Positions 47,400 through 56,580 of a stretch of 64,000 bases of DNA are shown here, piece after piece. The translations under genes and the position numbers were made by a program. Position 1 is the stretch's first letter. The number at the start of each line of letters is the position of its first letter. A model generated the notes under the pieces. The model was not told where the DNA came from. It saw nothing but the letters and a program-made list of their open reading frames with translations, and did not search any database. The DNA comes from Myxococcota bacterium (GTDB taxonomy: Bacteria > Myxococcota_A > UBA9160 > UBA6930): positions 2,144,001-2,208,000 of the forward strand of contig OZ245015.1 in NCBI GenBank assembly GCA_965223705.1, given 5' to 3'.

Positions 47400-48533
47400 T
47401 TCGACATCGCAGCGCGCGACGGAGAAGCGCGAACCGGTCGGTTGACCACCGCCCATGGCACGATCGACACGCCGGCTTTCATGCCGGTGGCGACCTACGG
47501 CGCCGTTCGCGGCATCACGGCGAGCGACCTCGAATCGCTCGGCGCGGAAATTCTCCTCGCGAACACCTACCACTTGCACGAACGTCCCGGCGAAGACCGC
47601 GTCGCCGCGCTCGGCGGCCTACACGGGTTCACCGGTTGGAGCGGTCCGTGGCTCACCGACAGCGGCGGGTTTCAGATCGCGTCGCTCGCCGATCAAGTGC
47701 GCGTTGCGGAAGACGGCGTCGTGTTTCGGTCGACCCTCGACGGAACGCGGCGCGAGCTCACGCCCGAACGCGTGGTGGCGATTCAAGAAGCGCTCGGCTC
47801 GGACATCGCGATGGTGCTCGACCACTTCCTTCCCATCGAGACGCGCGACGGAGAGCGACCGCCCGGGAGCGAAGTCGAGGCGTCCCTCGAGCGCACCCTG
47901 CGCTGGGCTGAGCGCGCACGGGAGGCCCGGACGCGCGCGGACCAGTCGCTCTTCGGCATCGTGCAGGGAGGCGCCGATCCGAGGCTCCGGCGGGCGAGCG
48001 CGGAGCAAACGGTGGCCATCGGTTTCGACGGTTACGCGCACGGCGGTCTCGGCCTGGGCGAAGACTTGACCCTCCGCGATGAGCTCATCGGGGCCGCGCA
48101 AGACGTTCTCCCCGTCGCTACGCCGCGCTATTTGATGGGGCTCGGCCGGCCTCGCGATCTGCTGCGGGGGGTAGCGCTCGGAATCGATCTCTTCGATTGC
48201 GTCGTCCCGACCCGCCACGGGCGCCACGGGATTCTCTATACCCGGGAAGGTCGTCTCAGTATGAAGGCGGCGCGCTACGCAGAGGATACGCGGCCGCCGG
48301 ACGAAACCTGTTCTTGTCCCCTGTGCCGCTCTCACAGCCGCGCGTATCTCCGTCATCTCTTCCACGTGGGCGACATGCTGGCCGCGCGACTGGCGTCGCT
48401 CCACAACCTCGCGCACTACTTCTCCCTGCTCGCGGAAGCGCGCGCTGCGATTTCCGAGGGGCGCTTCAAGGCGTTCTACGGAGAGCGGATCGCGGTCCTA
48501 GAAGCCTTCGAGGGCGGCGCACAGGCCGGCTAG
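47394..48533 (+). CDS. tgt: tRNA-guanine transglycosylase
   Basis: TPAFMPV, ANTYHL, TDSGGFQ, GIVQGG, RYLMG, DLFDCVVPTR, CxCxxC..HN zinc site. Confidence 0.96.
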   Translation: MTFDIAARDGEARTGRLTTAHGTIDTPAFMPVATYGAVRGITASDLESLGAEILLANTYHLHERPGEDRVAALGGLHGFTGWSGPWLTDSGGFQIASLADQVRVAEDGVVFRSTLDGTRRELTPERVVAIQEALGSDIAMVLDHFLPIETRDGERPPGSEVEASLERTLRWAERAREARTRADQSLFGIVQGGADPRLRRASAEQTVAIGFDGYAHGGLGLGEDLTLRDELIGAAQDVLPVATPRYLMGLGRPRDLLRGVALGIDLFDCVVPTRHGRHGILYTREGRLSMKAARYAEDTRPPDETCSCPLCRSHSRAYLRHLFHVGDMLAARLASLHNLAHYFSLLAEARAAISEGRFKAFYGERIAVLEAFEGGAQAG

Positions 48534-49445
48534 GTACGGGCGCTCCTCCCCGAGCGCAGCGGGAACGACCTCGACCTTGCCCCGCAGACTCGGCCACAAG
48601 TCCGCGTCGAGCTCTCTGCGCAGCGGTTCGAAGCAGAGGGCTTCGCCGGCGGCCACGGCGATCGTTCCGAGTACGATGCGTTCCGGGGCGAGCGCGTACG
48701 CGATGGCGGAGAGTCCTTGCGCGACGAAGCCCCGCCAGCGGGCGAACTCTTCGACGGCAAACGCATCCCCCGCCAATGCGGCTGCGACCAGATGGACGGG
48801 TGAAATCGGTTCGCGACCGGCGAGCTCCGCCGCCTGCGAGTGCGGCGGCGTCACCGCCTGGAGGCGACGCGCCCAGTTCGCTCCGCCGGCGTAGGCTTCA
48901 AAGCAACCTCGCCGTCCGCAGCCGCAGGGTTCACCGCCGGGCTGCAGGACGACATGGCCCCACTCGCCGGCGTGGTGATCGAGGCCGCTGTACAGGGTGC
49001 CGTTCAGGACCAGGCCCGCGCCGACACCCGTCGACATGGTGAGATAGATCAGGTGTTCGGTTCCCCGCCCTGCTCCGAACCGCCATTCCGCAAGCGCGGC
49101 CGCGTCGGCGTCGTTTTCCAGATGGACCGGAAGCCCCAGGCTCTCAGCGAGGACGTCGCGAACCGGCGCGTCGCGCCAAGGCAGGTTCGGCGGCGTCAGC
49201 AGGACGCCGCGAGCCGCGTCGAAGGGGCCCGGCACGGCGACACCGAGCCCCCGAACCTCTTCCAACGAGCGGCCCGACTTCGCGACCACACTACGGGCTT
49301 CTTCCCCCAGCTGGCGAAGATCTCGAGACGCGTCGCGGTGTGTGGTGGTCGGCCCTCGCCAGCGCGCGAGTAGCGTGCCGTCTGCCGTGCCGAGGGCAAT
49401 CGCTGTCTTGGTCCCGCCCATGTCCATACCGAGCCACAGCGACAT
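48498..49445 (-). CDS. ROK family sugar kinase (glucokinase-like)
   Basis: DMGGTK, ENDADAAALAE, STGVGAG, GEWGH, CGCGRRGCFE. Confidence 0.92.
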   Translation of the reverse strand: MSLWLGMDMGGTKTAIALGTADGTLLARWRGPTTTHRDASRDLRQLGEEARSVVAKSGRSLEEVRGLGVAVPGPFDAARGVLLTPPNLPWRDAPVRDVLAESLGLPVHLENDADAAALAEWRFGAGRGTEHLIYLTMSTGVGAGLVLNGTLYSGLDHHAGEWGHVVLQPGGEPCGCGRRGCFEAYAGGANWARRLQAVTPPHSQAAELAGREPISPVHLVAAALAGDAFAVEEFARWRGFVAQGLSAIAYALAPERIVLGTIAVAAGEALCFEPLRRELDADLWPSLRGKVEVVPAALGEERPYLAGLCAALEGF

Positions 49446-49548
49446 CTGCTCAAGTGTAGGCGCAAAGAAGCCCGATAAGAAACTCGAGCCAGAATCTCGA
49501 GTCCATCCGCGGCCGTAGCCCGGCCGACTGCTTGGACGAGGAGTCTAG

Positions 49549-50001
49549 ATGCCGATCCGTTACGCGCGCTTCGCGCGCGGCTTGTCCGCGCTGCTGCTGT
49601 GCATTCCGCTTTCCGGTTGCTTCATGTGGAATTACGGGCGTTTCGATCCCATGGCGCACGGAGACGCGTTCGATGAATCGCGCAAGCGGTTCACGCGCAT
49701 GATCCGCTGGGGACAGATCGAGCGCGCGGGTCAGTACGTCGTCGAAGAGGAGCGCGAAGCGTTCTTCAAAGCGGCGTCGGTGCTGCGCGGCGTGCGCTTT
49801 ACGGACTACGAAGTGCTCTCCGTCGACATCGACGATGATTTCGAGTCCGCGACCGTCGAGGTCATGTTCCGCGGCTACCAAGTTTCGTCCCCGATCGAAA
49901 AGTCCGTTGCGGTGACCCAGGAATGGGCTCGCAGCACGGAGGGAAACGGTTGGGAAGTGCGCCCTGAGATCGAAGAGCTCTCGGGGCTGTTCGTCGATTA
50001 G
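49549..50001 (+). CDS. Hypothetical lipoprotein
   Basis: GAGGAG SD; LSGC lipobox. Confidence 0.7.
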   Translation: MPIRYARFARGLSALLLCIPLSGCFMWNYGRFDPMAHGDAFDESRKRFTRMIRWGQIERAGQYVVEEEREAFFKAASVLRGVRFTDYEVLSVDIDDDFESATVEVMFRGYQVSSPIEKSVAVTQEWARSTEGNGWEVRPEIEELSGLFVD

Positions 50002-50009
50002 TCCGAGGG

Positions 50010-50711
50010 GTGCAAGCGATGGATGAACCGACCATCTTGATCGTCGACGACGTCGACATGTTCCGAGAGCTCGAGGCGATGTACCTCCACGCCTTGGGAA
50101 CCGTCATCGACGCGAAGAGCGGCGAAGAAGCGCGCATGAAGATCGAGGAAGCGAATCCCGATCTCATCGTCCTCGACCTGAAGCTTCCCGACTGCGATGC
50201 CCTCGCCTTGTGCGAAGACATCAAGAAAGCGTCGAGCGAACGGATCGTCGTCGCGATCTCGGCGCACGGAACGCCCGATGAACACGAAGCCGCCGTGCGC
50301 GCCGGTGCGGATGATGTGGTCGCGAAGCCCCTGATCCGCCACATGCTCGTCAACGCCGTTCGACGCTTCCTCGTGAAAGAGACGCCGCTCGGCTTGCCGC
50401 GCGCGGCCTGCCGAATCCCGGTCACGCTGGCCGACGGCTCCCAGGGCTGGCTCGAGAACGTCTCCCGAGGCGGCCTTTTCGTCGTCGCCGATCATCTGCC
50501 GGAGCTCGCTTCCGAGATTCGGCTCGAATTTCGGCTCCCGGACGAGCCCCAGAGCTTCGATCCAACCGCCCGCGTCGTGTGGACCCGCGAAGGCGGCGAC
50601 CCCCATCAACCCCGCGGCTTCGGCGTGCGCTTCCTCGCGCTGCCCGGAGAAACGGCCCGGCGCCTCGATCACTTCGTTCAGGAGCATGCGATGCACGGGG
50701 GGCTGTACTAG
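50010..50711 (+). CDS. Response regulator receiver-PilZ domain protein
   Basis: LIVDD, VLDLKLP, AKP; PilZ RAACR, NVSRGG, ARVVW, GFGVRF. Confidence 0.88.
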   Translation: MQAMDEPTILIVDDVDMFRELEAMYLHALGTVIDAKSGEEARMKIEEANPDLIVLDLKLPDCDALALCEDIKKASSERIVVAISAHGTPDEHEAAVRAGADDVVAKPLIRHMLVNAVRRFLVKETPLGLPRAACRIPVTLADGSQGWLENVSRGGLFVVADHLPELASEIRLEFRLPDEPQSFDPTARVVWTREGGDPHQPRGFGVRFLALPGETARRLDHFVQEHAMHGGLY

Positions 50712-51064
50712 TGCGCGGGTTGATCCTTGCGGCGTTCGCGGCCCTGTTGGCGTCGAGCCAGCCCGCCTACGCCGAGGACCCGGCGAGTCTGGCGCTCGAA
50801 CCCGAACACGAGCGTTGGATCGCGAAGCTCACGCAGCGACAGGAAGAACTCGCCACGGCGCGCGTTCGCGCCGAGCGCGCGGAATCCGCGTACCGCGATT
50901 GGCGCCAGCGGAACTATCCACGCGGAGCTGCGAAAGAAGCCATGTTGACGGAGTTGGAAGAAGCCCGCGAAGCGCTCCGCATCGCGGAGCGCCGGCTCCC
51001 GAAAGATCTCGAGGCGGCGCGCCGGGACGGCGTACCGCCCGGCACCCTGCGCCGCTTCCGCTAG
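50711..51064 (+). CDS. Hypothetical secreted coiled-coil protein
   Basis: Signal peptide (AYA); ARRDGVPPGTLR tail; GTG overlaps upstream TAG. Confidence 0.65.
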   Translation: MRGLILAAFAALLASSQPAYAEDPASLALEPEHERWIAKLTQRQEELATARVRAERAESAYRDWRQRNYPRGAAKEAMLTELEEAREALRIAERRLPKDLEAARRDGVPPGTLRRFR

Positions 51065-51660
51065 CGGTCGAGGAGTTCCTTCTCCTTCACGTAGTCGTTG
51101 GGCCCTGCCTGATGCGGCTGAGCCGGCCGAACGACCATCAGGATCTTGTCGCCCTGACGCACAACCGTGTTGTGCTGCGTGAAGAGTGAGCCGTCTCGCT
51201 TGACGCGAACTTCTTCGACGATGATGGGACCGGCTTCATCGGTCGCCTGGTGCGGGACGCGAACCGTCGTCTGGTCGTCGAGTTGGATCACCGTCTCGTG
51301 GACCGCGGGTCGGAGCGCCGTGGCGTAGTAAGGAGCTGTGCCCTCGCCGCCTTCGCCATTGAAGTCTCGCAGGTGCTCGAGCCGGTCGGCCAGAGCCGCG
51401 CGGCTCGCCTCGACGGAAGTCGTCGTCCGCGTAAATCGCGAATAGCTCGCGAGGCCGAGCTCGCGCTGCAGCGTCGCGTGCTCTCGGTAGCGCGACGGGA
51501 TTCGGTCTACGTCGTCCGTGAATGCAATCTCACCCGAATCCGTCGTCCAGCGGTAGATCTCGGCGCTCGCCGGGCTCGCCGCCGCACCGAGCATCCCGGC
51601 GCTCGCGATGACCGCCGCCGCCCACATTGCACTTCGCTTCTGCCAGTTTCGCGTCCGCAT
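51061..51660 (-). CDS. DUF4124-like secreted protein
   Basis: Signal peptide then AEIYRWTTDSGEIAFTDD..IPSRYR. Confidence 0.8.
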   Translation of the reverse strand: MRTRNWQKRSAMWAAAVIASAGMLGAAASPASAEIYRWTTDSGEIAFTDDVDRIPSRYREHATLQRELGLASYSRFTRTTTSVEASRAALADRLEHLRDFNGEGGEGTAPYYATALRPAVHETVIQLDDQTTVRVPHQATDEAGPIIVEEVRVKRDGSLFTQHNTVVRQGDKILMVVRPAQPHQAGPNDYVKEKELLDR

Positions 51661-51783
51661 ACCGAACCTCCGATCGTACGTGAGTGACCGGACAGACGCG
51701 AAAGTGTCAGGATTCTCGTAGCTTAGGCTACGAAATCTCCGCATCGGCGGAGTGTTTCGCGGGAAGTTGCCGCTTGCCGAGCG

Positions 51784-53022
51784 TCACACCCGGTCGAGTG
51801 GCGGCATCTCGAGCGCTTCGCGGAACGATTCGTGGAAGTGATGGAGGGCGGGCTCGTTCCGTCCGAAGACGATGTGCTCGAGCGCGCCGGCCTCAGCGAC
51901 CCGCTGCGTGCTCTCCCCCATCGCATAGTCCTCGTGCTCGAGCGTGCTGGCGAACACTTCACGAGCGGCGTCGGGGCTGAACACCGATTGTCCTCCCCGC
52001 GCCTCGGGGTCGTAGACGTTCTTACCGGTAATGATGCGGCCGCCGCTCGCCTCGTGTTCTCTCAGCCGTGCGAGTGTCTGCGGCGCGAAATACTGGCGGA
52101 TCTGCGTGATCGACCGGTTCGGGTCGGTCGGATGCGGGTAGATCCGGAACATCGTCGACTGCTGCGTGCTCGCCGTGATCTGAATGTTGGGAAACAGGTA
52201 GTAGAGCACGGTTGCACCGGTCTCCATGCGCCACTCGTCTTCGGGTTTCTTGCGCAGGCTGTCGATACCGCGGGACGGGAAGCAGAACCGGTGGTTGCGA
52301 CCGAACGCCTCGAAGGACAGCGCATCGCTGTAGAAGATTCTCGAGAGTGTGTTCTTGTGGAGGCGCGCGAAGTGGTACGTCTCACCGAAGGTGTCGTTCG
52401 CGAGCTTCCAGTTGAGTCGTTTCTCGAGGGTCGACTCATCGGTGAGGACGAACTCACCGAGATTCCACGATTCGAGTTCGGGTGCGAGGTCGCCCAGCAG
52501 AGCGTCGACGTCGAGCTTGCCGTCCGGTTGCGGGTGCGCCCAGAGGAAGCCCCCTGCCTCGAGCGTCGGCAACTCGACGAGGCCGTGGCTCGCCCGGTCG
52601 ACCTTCCCGAAGTCGCGTTCGCGGGCGATCCCGACGAGCTCTCCCGTGTTGCGATACGTCCAGTTGTGGAACGGGCACATGAAGTTCTTGGCATCGCCGC
52701 GGCAGTCGTCGGTGAGGCGCGTACCGCGATGGCGGCAGGCGTTGAGGAAGGCGCGAAAGCGGCCGTCCTCGGCGCGCGTGGCCAAGACCGGTACCCCGAA
52801 ATCGTCGACCGTGAGGAAGCTACCCGCCTCCGGCAACTCGCCCGAGAGCCCGATCACCTGGGGGTGCCTGCGAAAGAAGAGCTCCCATTCCCGAGCCGCG
52901 AGCTCCGGACAGACGTACGACCGCGTCGGATTCTTGACCTGGCAGCCGGCGTCGACGTTCTTCTTTTCATCGAGCTGATGCATCAGCTCTTTCAGAATTC
53001 GGATCTGGGTGGTGCGTTGCAT
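51784..53022 (-). CDS. Rieske aromatic ring-hydroxylating oxygenase alpha subunit
   Basis: NACRHRG..CPFHNW Rieske motif; ETYHFARLH..ED mononuclear iron ligands. Confidence 0.92.
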   Translation of the reverse strand: MQRTTQIRILKELMHQLDEKKNVDAGCQVKNPTRSYVCPELAAREWELFFRRHPQVIGLSGELPEAGSFLTVDDFGVPVLATRAEDGRFRAFLNACRHRGTRLTDDCRGDAKNFMCPFHNWTYRNTGELVGIARERDFGKVDRASHGLVELPTLEAGGFLWAHPQPDGKLDVDALLGDLAPELESWNLGEFVLTDESTLEKRLNWKLANDTFGETYHFARLHKNTLSRIFYSDALSFEAFGRNHRFCFPSRGIDSLRKKPEDEWRMETGATVLYYLFPNIQITASTQQSTMFRIYPHPTDPNRSITQIRQYFAPQTLARLREHEASGGRIITGKNVYDPEARGGQSVFSPDAAREVFASTLEHEDYAMGESTQRVAEAGALEHIVFGRNEPALHHFHESFREALEMPPLDRV

Positions 53023-53094
53023 GGAGGCTCCCGGTCTTCGACCGTCAGTTTCGCAGGGCGGTCCAGGGGCTGTCCAGTCGCCGCGACGGCGGAG

Positions 53095-54048
53095 CTAGGA
53101 GCTGTCCTTCATGCGCGCCGTCGCGACCTCAACGCTGCGGTCGACGAGATACCGCAGTTCCAAGCGAAGGAGCTCGAGCGCACCGAGCTCGCGACCCGCG
53201 CGCGCTCCGTGCTCGAGAAGATGCTCGAGGATCGTCGATACCGGAACGAACCAACCCGGCTTCTCCGCGATGTGCCGCAGCGTGCGGTCGAAGTCGGGAT
53301 CGAGGCGACCGTCGCGGGCGAAGCCCTTTCCCAGGTGCGTCGAGACGATACACACGCCGCCTTCCTCTTCCAGCCGGTCGATCGCGTCGGGCGTGATCCG
53401 CCTCCGAAAAGCCCGAACTTCGGGGGCGTCGAGCGTGGAGAACCAGTAGTGGACGTAGGGCGTCCTCGCGTTGCAGTACGGCATTTCGGGATTGCTCTTC
53501 AGGAGGTTCAGGTCCCGAAAGGTGAAGTTCCGCACGAAGCGGATGCGTTCCCGCGCCAGGTCACCCCAGAAGAACGGAGACCCTTCGATTTCGCCGCTCG
53601 ATCCGTTCCCGCGCACGCGTTCGAGGAGACGCAAAAGAGCGCGGATCGGCGCCGTATGGAAGCGAGCGGCTCCCCAGTAGAGGTTCTCCGCGTTTTGCCC
53701 GTGATTCGCGTAGAGCCGTGGGCAGTGCCCGAACTCGCGCTCGAGAAACGCGAGACCCCGCAGCGTTCGCGCGCGATCGCTCGACTCCATGGTGGCCCCG
53801 TGGAGTGCCAACTCGACGCCTCGGGAGACCAGCATCTTGACGAAATCCAGGTACTCGGGTCGATTCAGCGTGTCCGCCGCATGGTAGGCCGGGCTGCCCT
53901 CCGGGCAGTCGAGAGGCCACGCGGTCTTCGTGGTGAGCAGCCCGTATTCGAGCAGTCGGTCGTAGACGGGCTTCACGTTCTCGAGGGTCGAATCGTCCGT
54001 ATCGTCGAGGATCGTGAACGCGAACTTGCGATTTTCCGGGTACTGCAA
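53095..54048 (-). CDS. Hypothetical protein, possibly polysaccharide deacetylase-like fold
   Basis: FTILDDTDD, ELALHG, ANH, STHLGKGF patterns resemble CE4-type metal ligands. Confidence 0.55.
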   Translation of the reverse strand: MQYPENRKFAFTILDDTDDSTLENVKPVYDRLLEYGLLTTKTAWPLDCPEGSPAYHAADTLNRPEYLDFVKMLVSRGVELALHGATMESSDRARTLRGLAFLEREFGHCPRLYANHGQNAENLYWGAARFHTAPIRALLRLLERVRGNGSSGEIEGSPFFWGDLARERIRFVRNFTFRDLNLLKSNPEMPYCNARTPYVHYWFSTLDAPEVRAFRRRITPDAIDRLEEEGGVCIVSTHLGKGFARDGRLDPDFDRTLRHIAEKPGWFVPVSTILEHLLEHGARAGRELGALELLRLELRYLVDRSVEVATARMKDSS

Positions 54049-54161
54049 AGCAGCAGCATCTTATCGGAGAAGCGTTCTGCAAGGCCCGCGAAACCGCAAA
54101 AGATGGACGACGCCTCGGAAGCGTAGGATCGTGTGGACGGATTCGAACCCGAGGAGACCCG

Positions 54162-54626
54162 ATGAGAACCTTCGCTTTGTTTCTTTTGGCCGCCATCTTC
54201 ACCGGTTGCGGCCCCATCGCCGATGCCCAGCGGGTGAAGACCGATCCCGACTTCTACGCGCCGTTCTTGATCTCCCAAGCCGTGCGCGCCGGGAATCTCT
54301 TGTTCTTGTCGGGGCAGGCTTCCCTCGATGAGTCAGGCAACATCGTGGGCGAAGGCGATTTCGACGCTCAGGCGGAGCAGACCTTCGCGAACCTCCGTAA
54401 GGTGCTGCGCGCGGGCGGCTCGGATCTCGACCGCGTGGTGAAGGTGAACATCTACCTGACGGACATGAGCCACTTCCCGAAGATCGTCGCGCTTCGAGAG
54501 AAGTACTTCAGGCCGCCCTACCCGGCGGACACCATCGTCGAAGTCGGGGCGCTCGGCCTGCCCGAACTGATGATCGAGATCGAAGCGGTGGGTCTCGTCG
54601 GCGGGACGATTCGCGACGCCGACTGA
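54162..54626 (+). CDS. Rid (YjgF/YER057c/UK114) family protein with N-terminal lipoprotein-like signal
   Basis: SQAVRAGNLLFLSGQ, VVKVNIYL, YPADT, IEIEA; MRTFALFLLAAIFTGC. Confidence 0.88.
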   Translation: MRTFALFLLAAIFTGCGPIADAQRVKTDPDFYAPFLISQAVRAGNLLFLSGQASLDESGNIVGEGDFDAQAEQTFANLRKVLRAGGSDLDRVVKVNIYLTDMSHFPKIVALREKYFRPPYPADTIVEVGALGLPELMIEIEAVGLVGGTIRDAD

Positions 54627-54632
54627 CGCGGC

Positions 54633-55577
54633 CTAGGTCACGGCCAGCGGATTGACCGGCGATCCAGTCCCGCCCTGGATCTGCAGCGGTGCGACCGTGA
54701 GGAGGAAGCTCTCACGCTCCGTCGCTCGCAGATGCGCCGCGAGTTCTTCCAGATCGAGGTGGTGGATGAGAGGAAGTCCCAGGTAGACCTCGGTCAGCAC
54801 GTGGATCGGTACAGAACAGCCCGGGTACGTCGAGGGAAAGTTGTCCCCGGGACCGTCCGTCGCGACCGTGGCGGCGTCCCAGGCCGCGATCACGTCGATG
54901 CACCCGACGTGCAGCCCGCTCCAATTGCCGTGGTTGTCCCTCGCTTCACCGTCTTCTGGCCGGATGGTGGGGGCCGCGTAGCGACCCGTGCGGATCACGA
55001 CGGCGTCACCGGGCTTCACGCGCCCTTCGAAGGGCGTCAGGTCGTCCGGGGTGACGGGATCGCCGGGCTCTAAGAACTCGCTCCCGCGTCGGTGCGGCAC
55101 GTCGATGAGCCAACCTCGCGTGACGAAGCCACCGAGCTCCGTCATGGCGTACTTCTTGACGCCGTCCTCGAGGGTCACCACCTCCTCGCAGAGATCGCCG
55201 TTGAAGGATCTTCCCCGATGGCCGACGTGGCAATAAGCGTCGATGTGCGAGTTCGTCATTCCGTGGGTAGCGATGGCGATCCGGTCGCCGGATTCGAAGA
55301 CCGGCTCCGCGTCGCCGGCGAACTCGTACTGCCCGGCGCGAAGCAGCTCATAGTGGTAGTCGCTGTCGTAGCTCGCGTCGGCGGTGATGTCGTCTTCGCG
55401 CAGCGGTGCGCCGAGATTGAAGACGCGATGATCGACCACGGAATCCATGCCGCGAGCGGTCGCGGTACGGCCGATCAGGTTCAGGGTGCCGCGCCCGTTG
55501 GGCCAGCGGCCCCAGTTGTAGGTGCGGTGCGGCCATTCGTCGAGCGGCTGACCGAAGGTCGTTCGCGCCACACCCAA
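54633..55577 (-). CDS. Cyclase family metal-dependent hydrolase (kynurenine formamidase-like)
   Basis: NWGRW..GTLN, HGMTNSHIDAYCH, GDAVVIRTG, GGTGSPVNPLA. Confidence 0.88.
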   Translation of the reverse strand: MGVARTTFGQPLDEWPHRTYNWGRWPNGRGTLNLIGRTATARGMDSVVDHRVFNLGAPLREDDITADASYDSDYHYELLRAGQYEFAGDAEPVFESGDRIAIATHGMTNSHIDAYCHVGHRGRSFNGDLCEEVVTLEDGVKKYAMTELGGFVTRGWLIDVPHRRGSEFLEPGDPVTPDDLTPFEGRVKPGDAVVIRTGRYAAPTIRPEDGEARDNHGNWSGLHVGCIDVIAAWDAATVATDGPGDNFPSTYPGCSVPIHVLTEVYLGLPLIHHLDLEELAAHLRATERESFLLTVAPLQIQGGTGSPVNPLAVT

Positions 55578-55582
55578 CCCTT

Positions 55583-56533
55583 CTAGGGACGCTCGATGCG
55601 ACGCGCCCAGGCTCCCAGACCCGCAAGCCCCGCGAACAAGAGTACCGCTATGCCGGGTTCGGGGACCGCCGCGCCGAACGCGAGGATCTTGGCGTCGAGC
55701 GCGGCCTCGACGGCGTCAAAATCTTCGACGTTGATGACGAAGCCGGTCGTTGCGGGGATCGGATCGCCCACATTGACGACCGTCCCCGGCGTCGGGTGCG
55801 CAAGCTCCGTCATCAATGCGAGGTCCTGCGCGTTGAAGCCGATCGCCTCGAAACTGAGTAGATCGATTCCGGCTGCGATCGCGGCGTCCCGTGCATTGCG
55901 CGCCGCGTCTTCCGGTGTGAGCGCTCCGGGTGCGACCAAATCGTTGAGCGCCGCCAGCACCGTCGCGGTGTCCGGCCCACCGGCGGCGGCGACATGCCCG
56001 TTGTGAACGGTCGGATTGCCATCCGTCAGCATGTTCAGCAAAACCGCATCGGTCCCCATCGCGATCGAGGCGACCGCGGTGCCGATGGCGTCTTCGAAGT
56101 TCGTGCCGCCCTGGATCACACCGGTCTGTGAGAAGTCGAGCTCGGCGATCAGCGGCGCGAATTCAGGAGGCGCGAAGCTCAAAACCGTGAGCGCCGCCGG
56201 GCTCAGCTGGAACGTCGGGCGCGCCATGGTCTCGACCTGGTTCGCGATGGCGTCTCGCGTGGCGACCGAGCTCAGCGTCTGATCGGCTGTTCCGACGACC
56301 GATGCCGAAAACCCGAACCGAACCACGGTGAGATCGACCGAGCCGTCGGTCTTGAGCTTGCGGATGGCGTTCGCGGCCGCCGTTCGTAGCGTGTCCCACT
56401 CGGTGTCGTTGATACTGCTCGACCCGTCGATGATGAGGCCGATCTTCACGGCGTGACTCGGTGAAGCCAGGCAGAGCGCCAGGGTCGCGAAAACCACCGC
56501 GGCCGAGAAGCGAGACGCGCGTCGGGGTGTCAT
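55583..56533 (-). CDS. vWA-domain PEP-CTERM surface protein
   Basis: GAGGAGG SD, signal peptide, MIDAS DGSSS..GGTN..LTDG, VPEPGIAVLLFAGLAGLGAWARR. Confidence 0.88.
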   Translation of the reverse strand: MTPRRASRFSAAVVFATLALCLASPSHAVKIGLIIDGSSSINDTEWDTLRTAAANAIRKLKTDGSVDLTVVRFGFSASVVGTADQTLSSVATRDAIANQVETMARPTFQLSPAALTVLSFAPPEFAPLIAELDFSQTGVIQGGTNFEDAIGTAVASIAMGTDAVLLNMLTDGNPTVHNGHVAAAGGPDTATVLAALNDLVAPGALTPEDAARNARDAAIAAGIDLLSFEAIGFNAQDLALMTELAHPTPGTVVNVGDPIPATTGFVINVEDFDAVEAALDAKILAFGAAVPEPGIAVLLFAGLAGLGAWARRIERP

Positions 56534-56580
56534 CGGGCGGGCCCTCCTCGTGGAAGACATTCTACTCGCAAACCGACGCC

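Noticed and set aside
51832..54126. 764-aa plus-strand ORF, and similar long ORFs at 24006-25463, 37758-39632, 43365-45002 and 56815-58671
   Set aside because: Antisense shadows of clearly identifiable genes; expected in high-GC DNA and without motifs.
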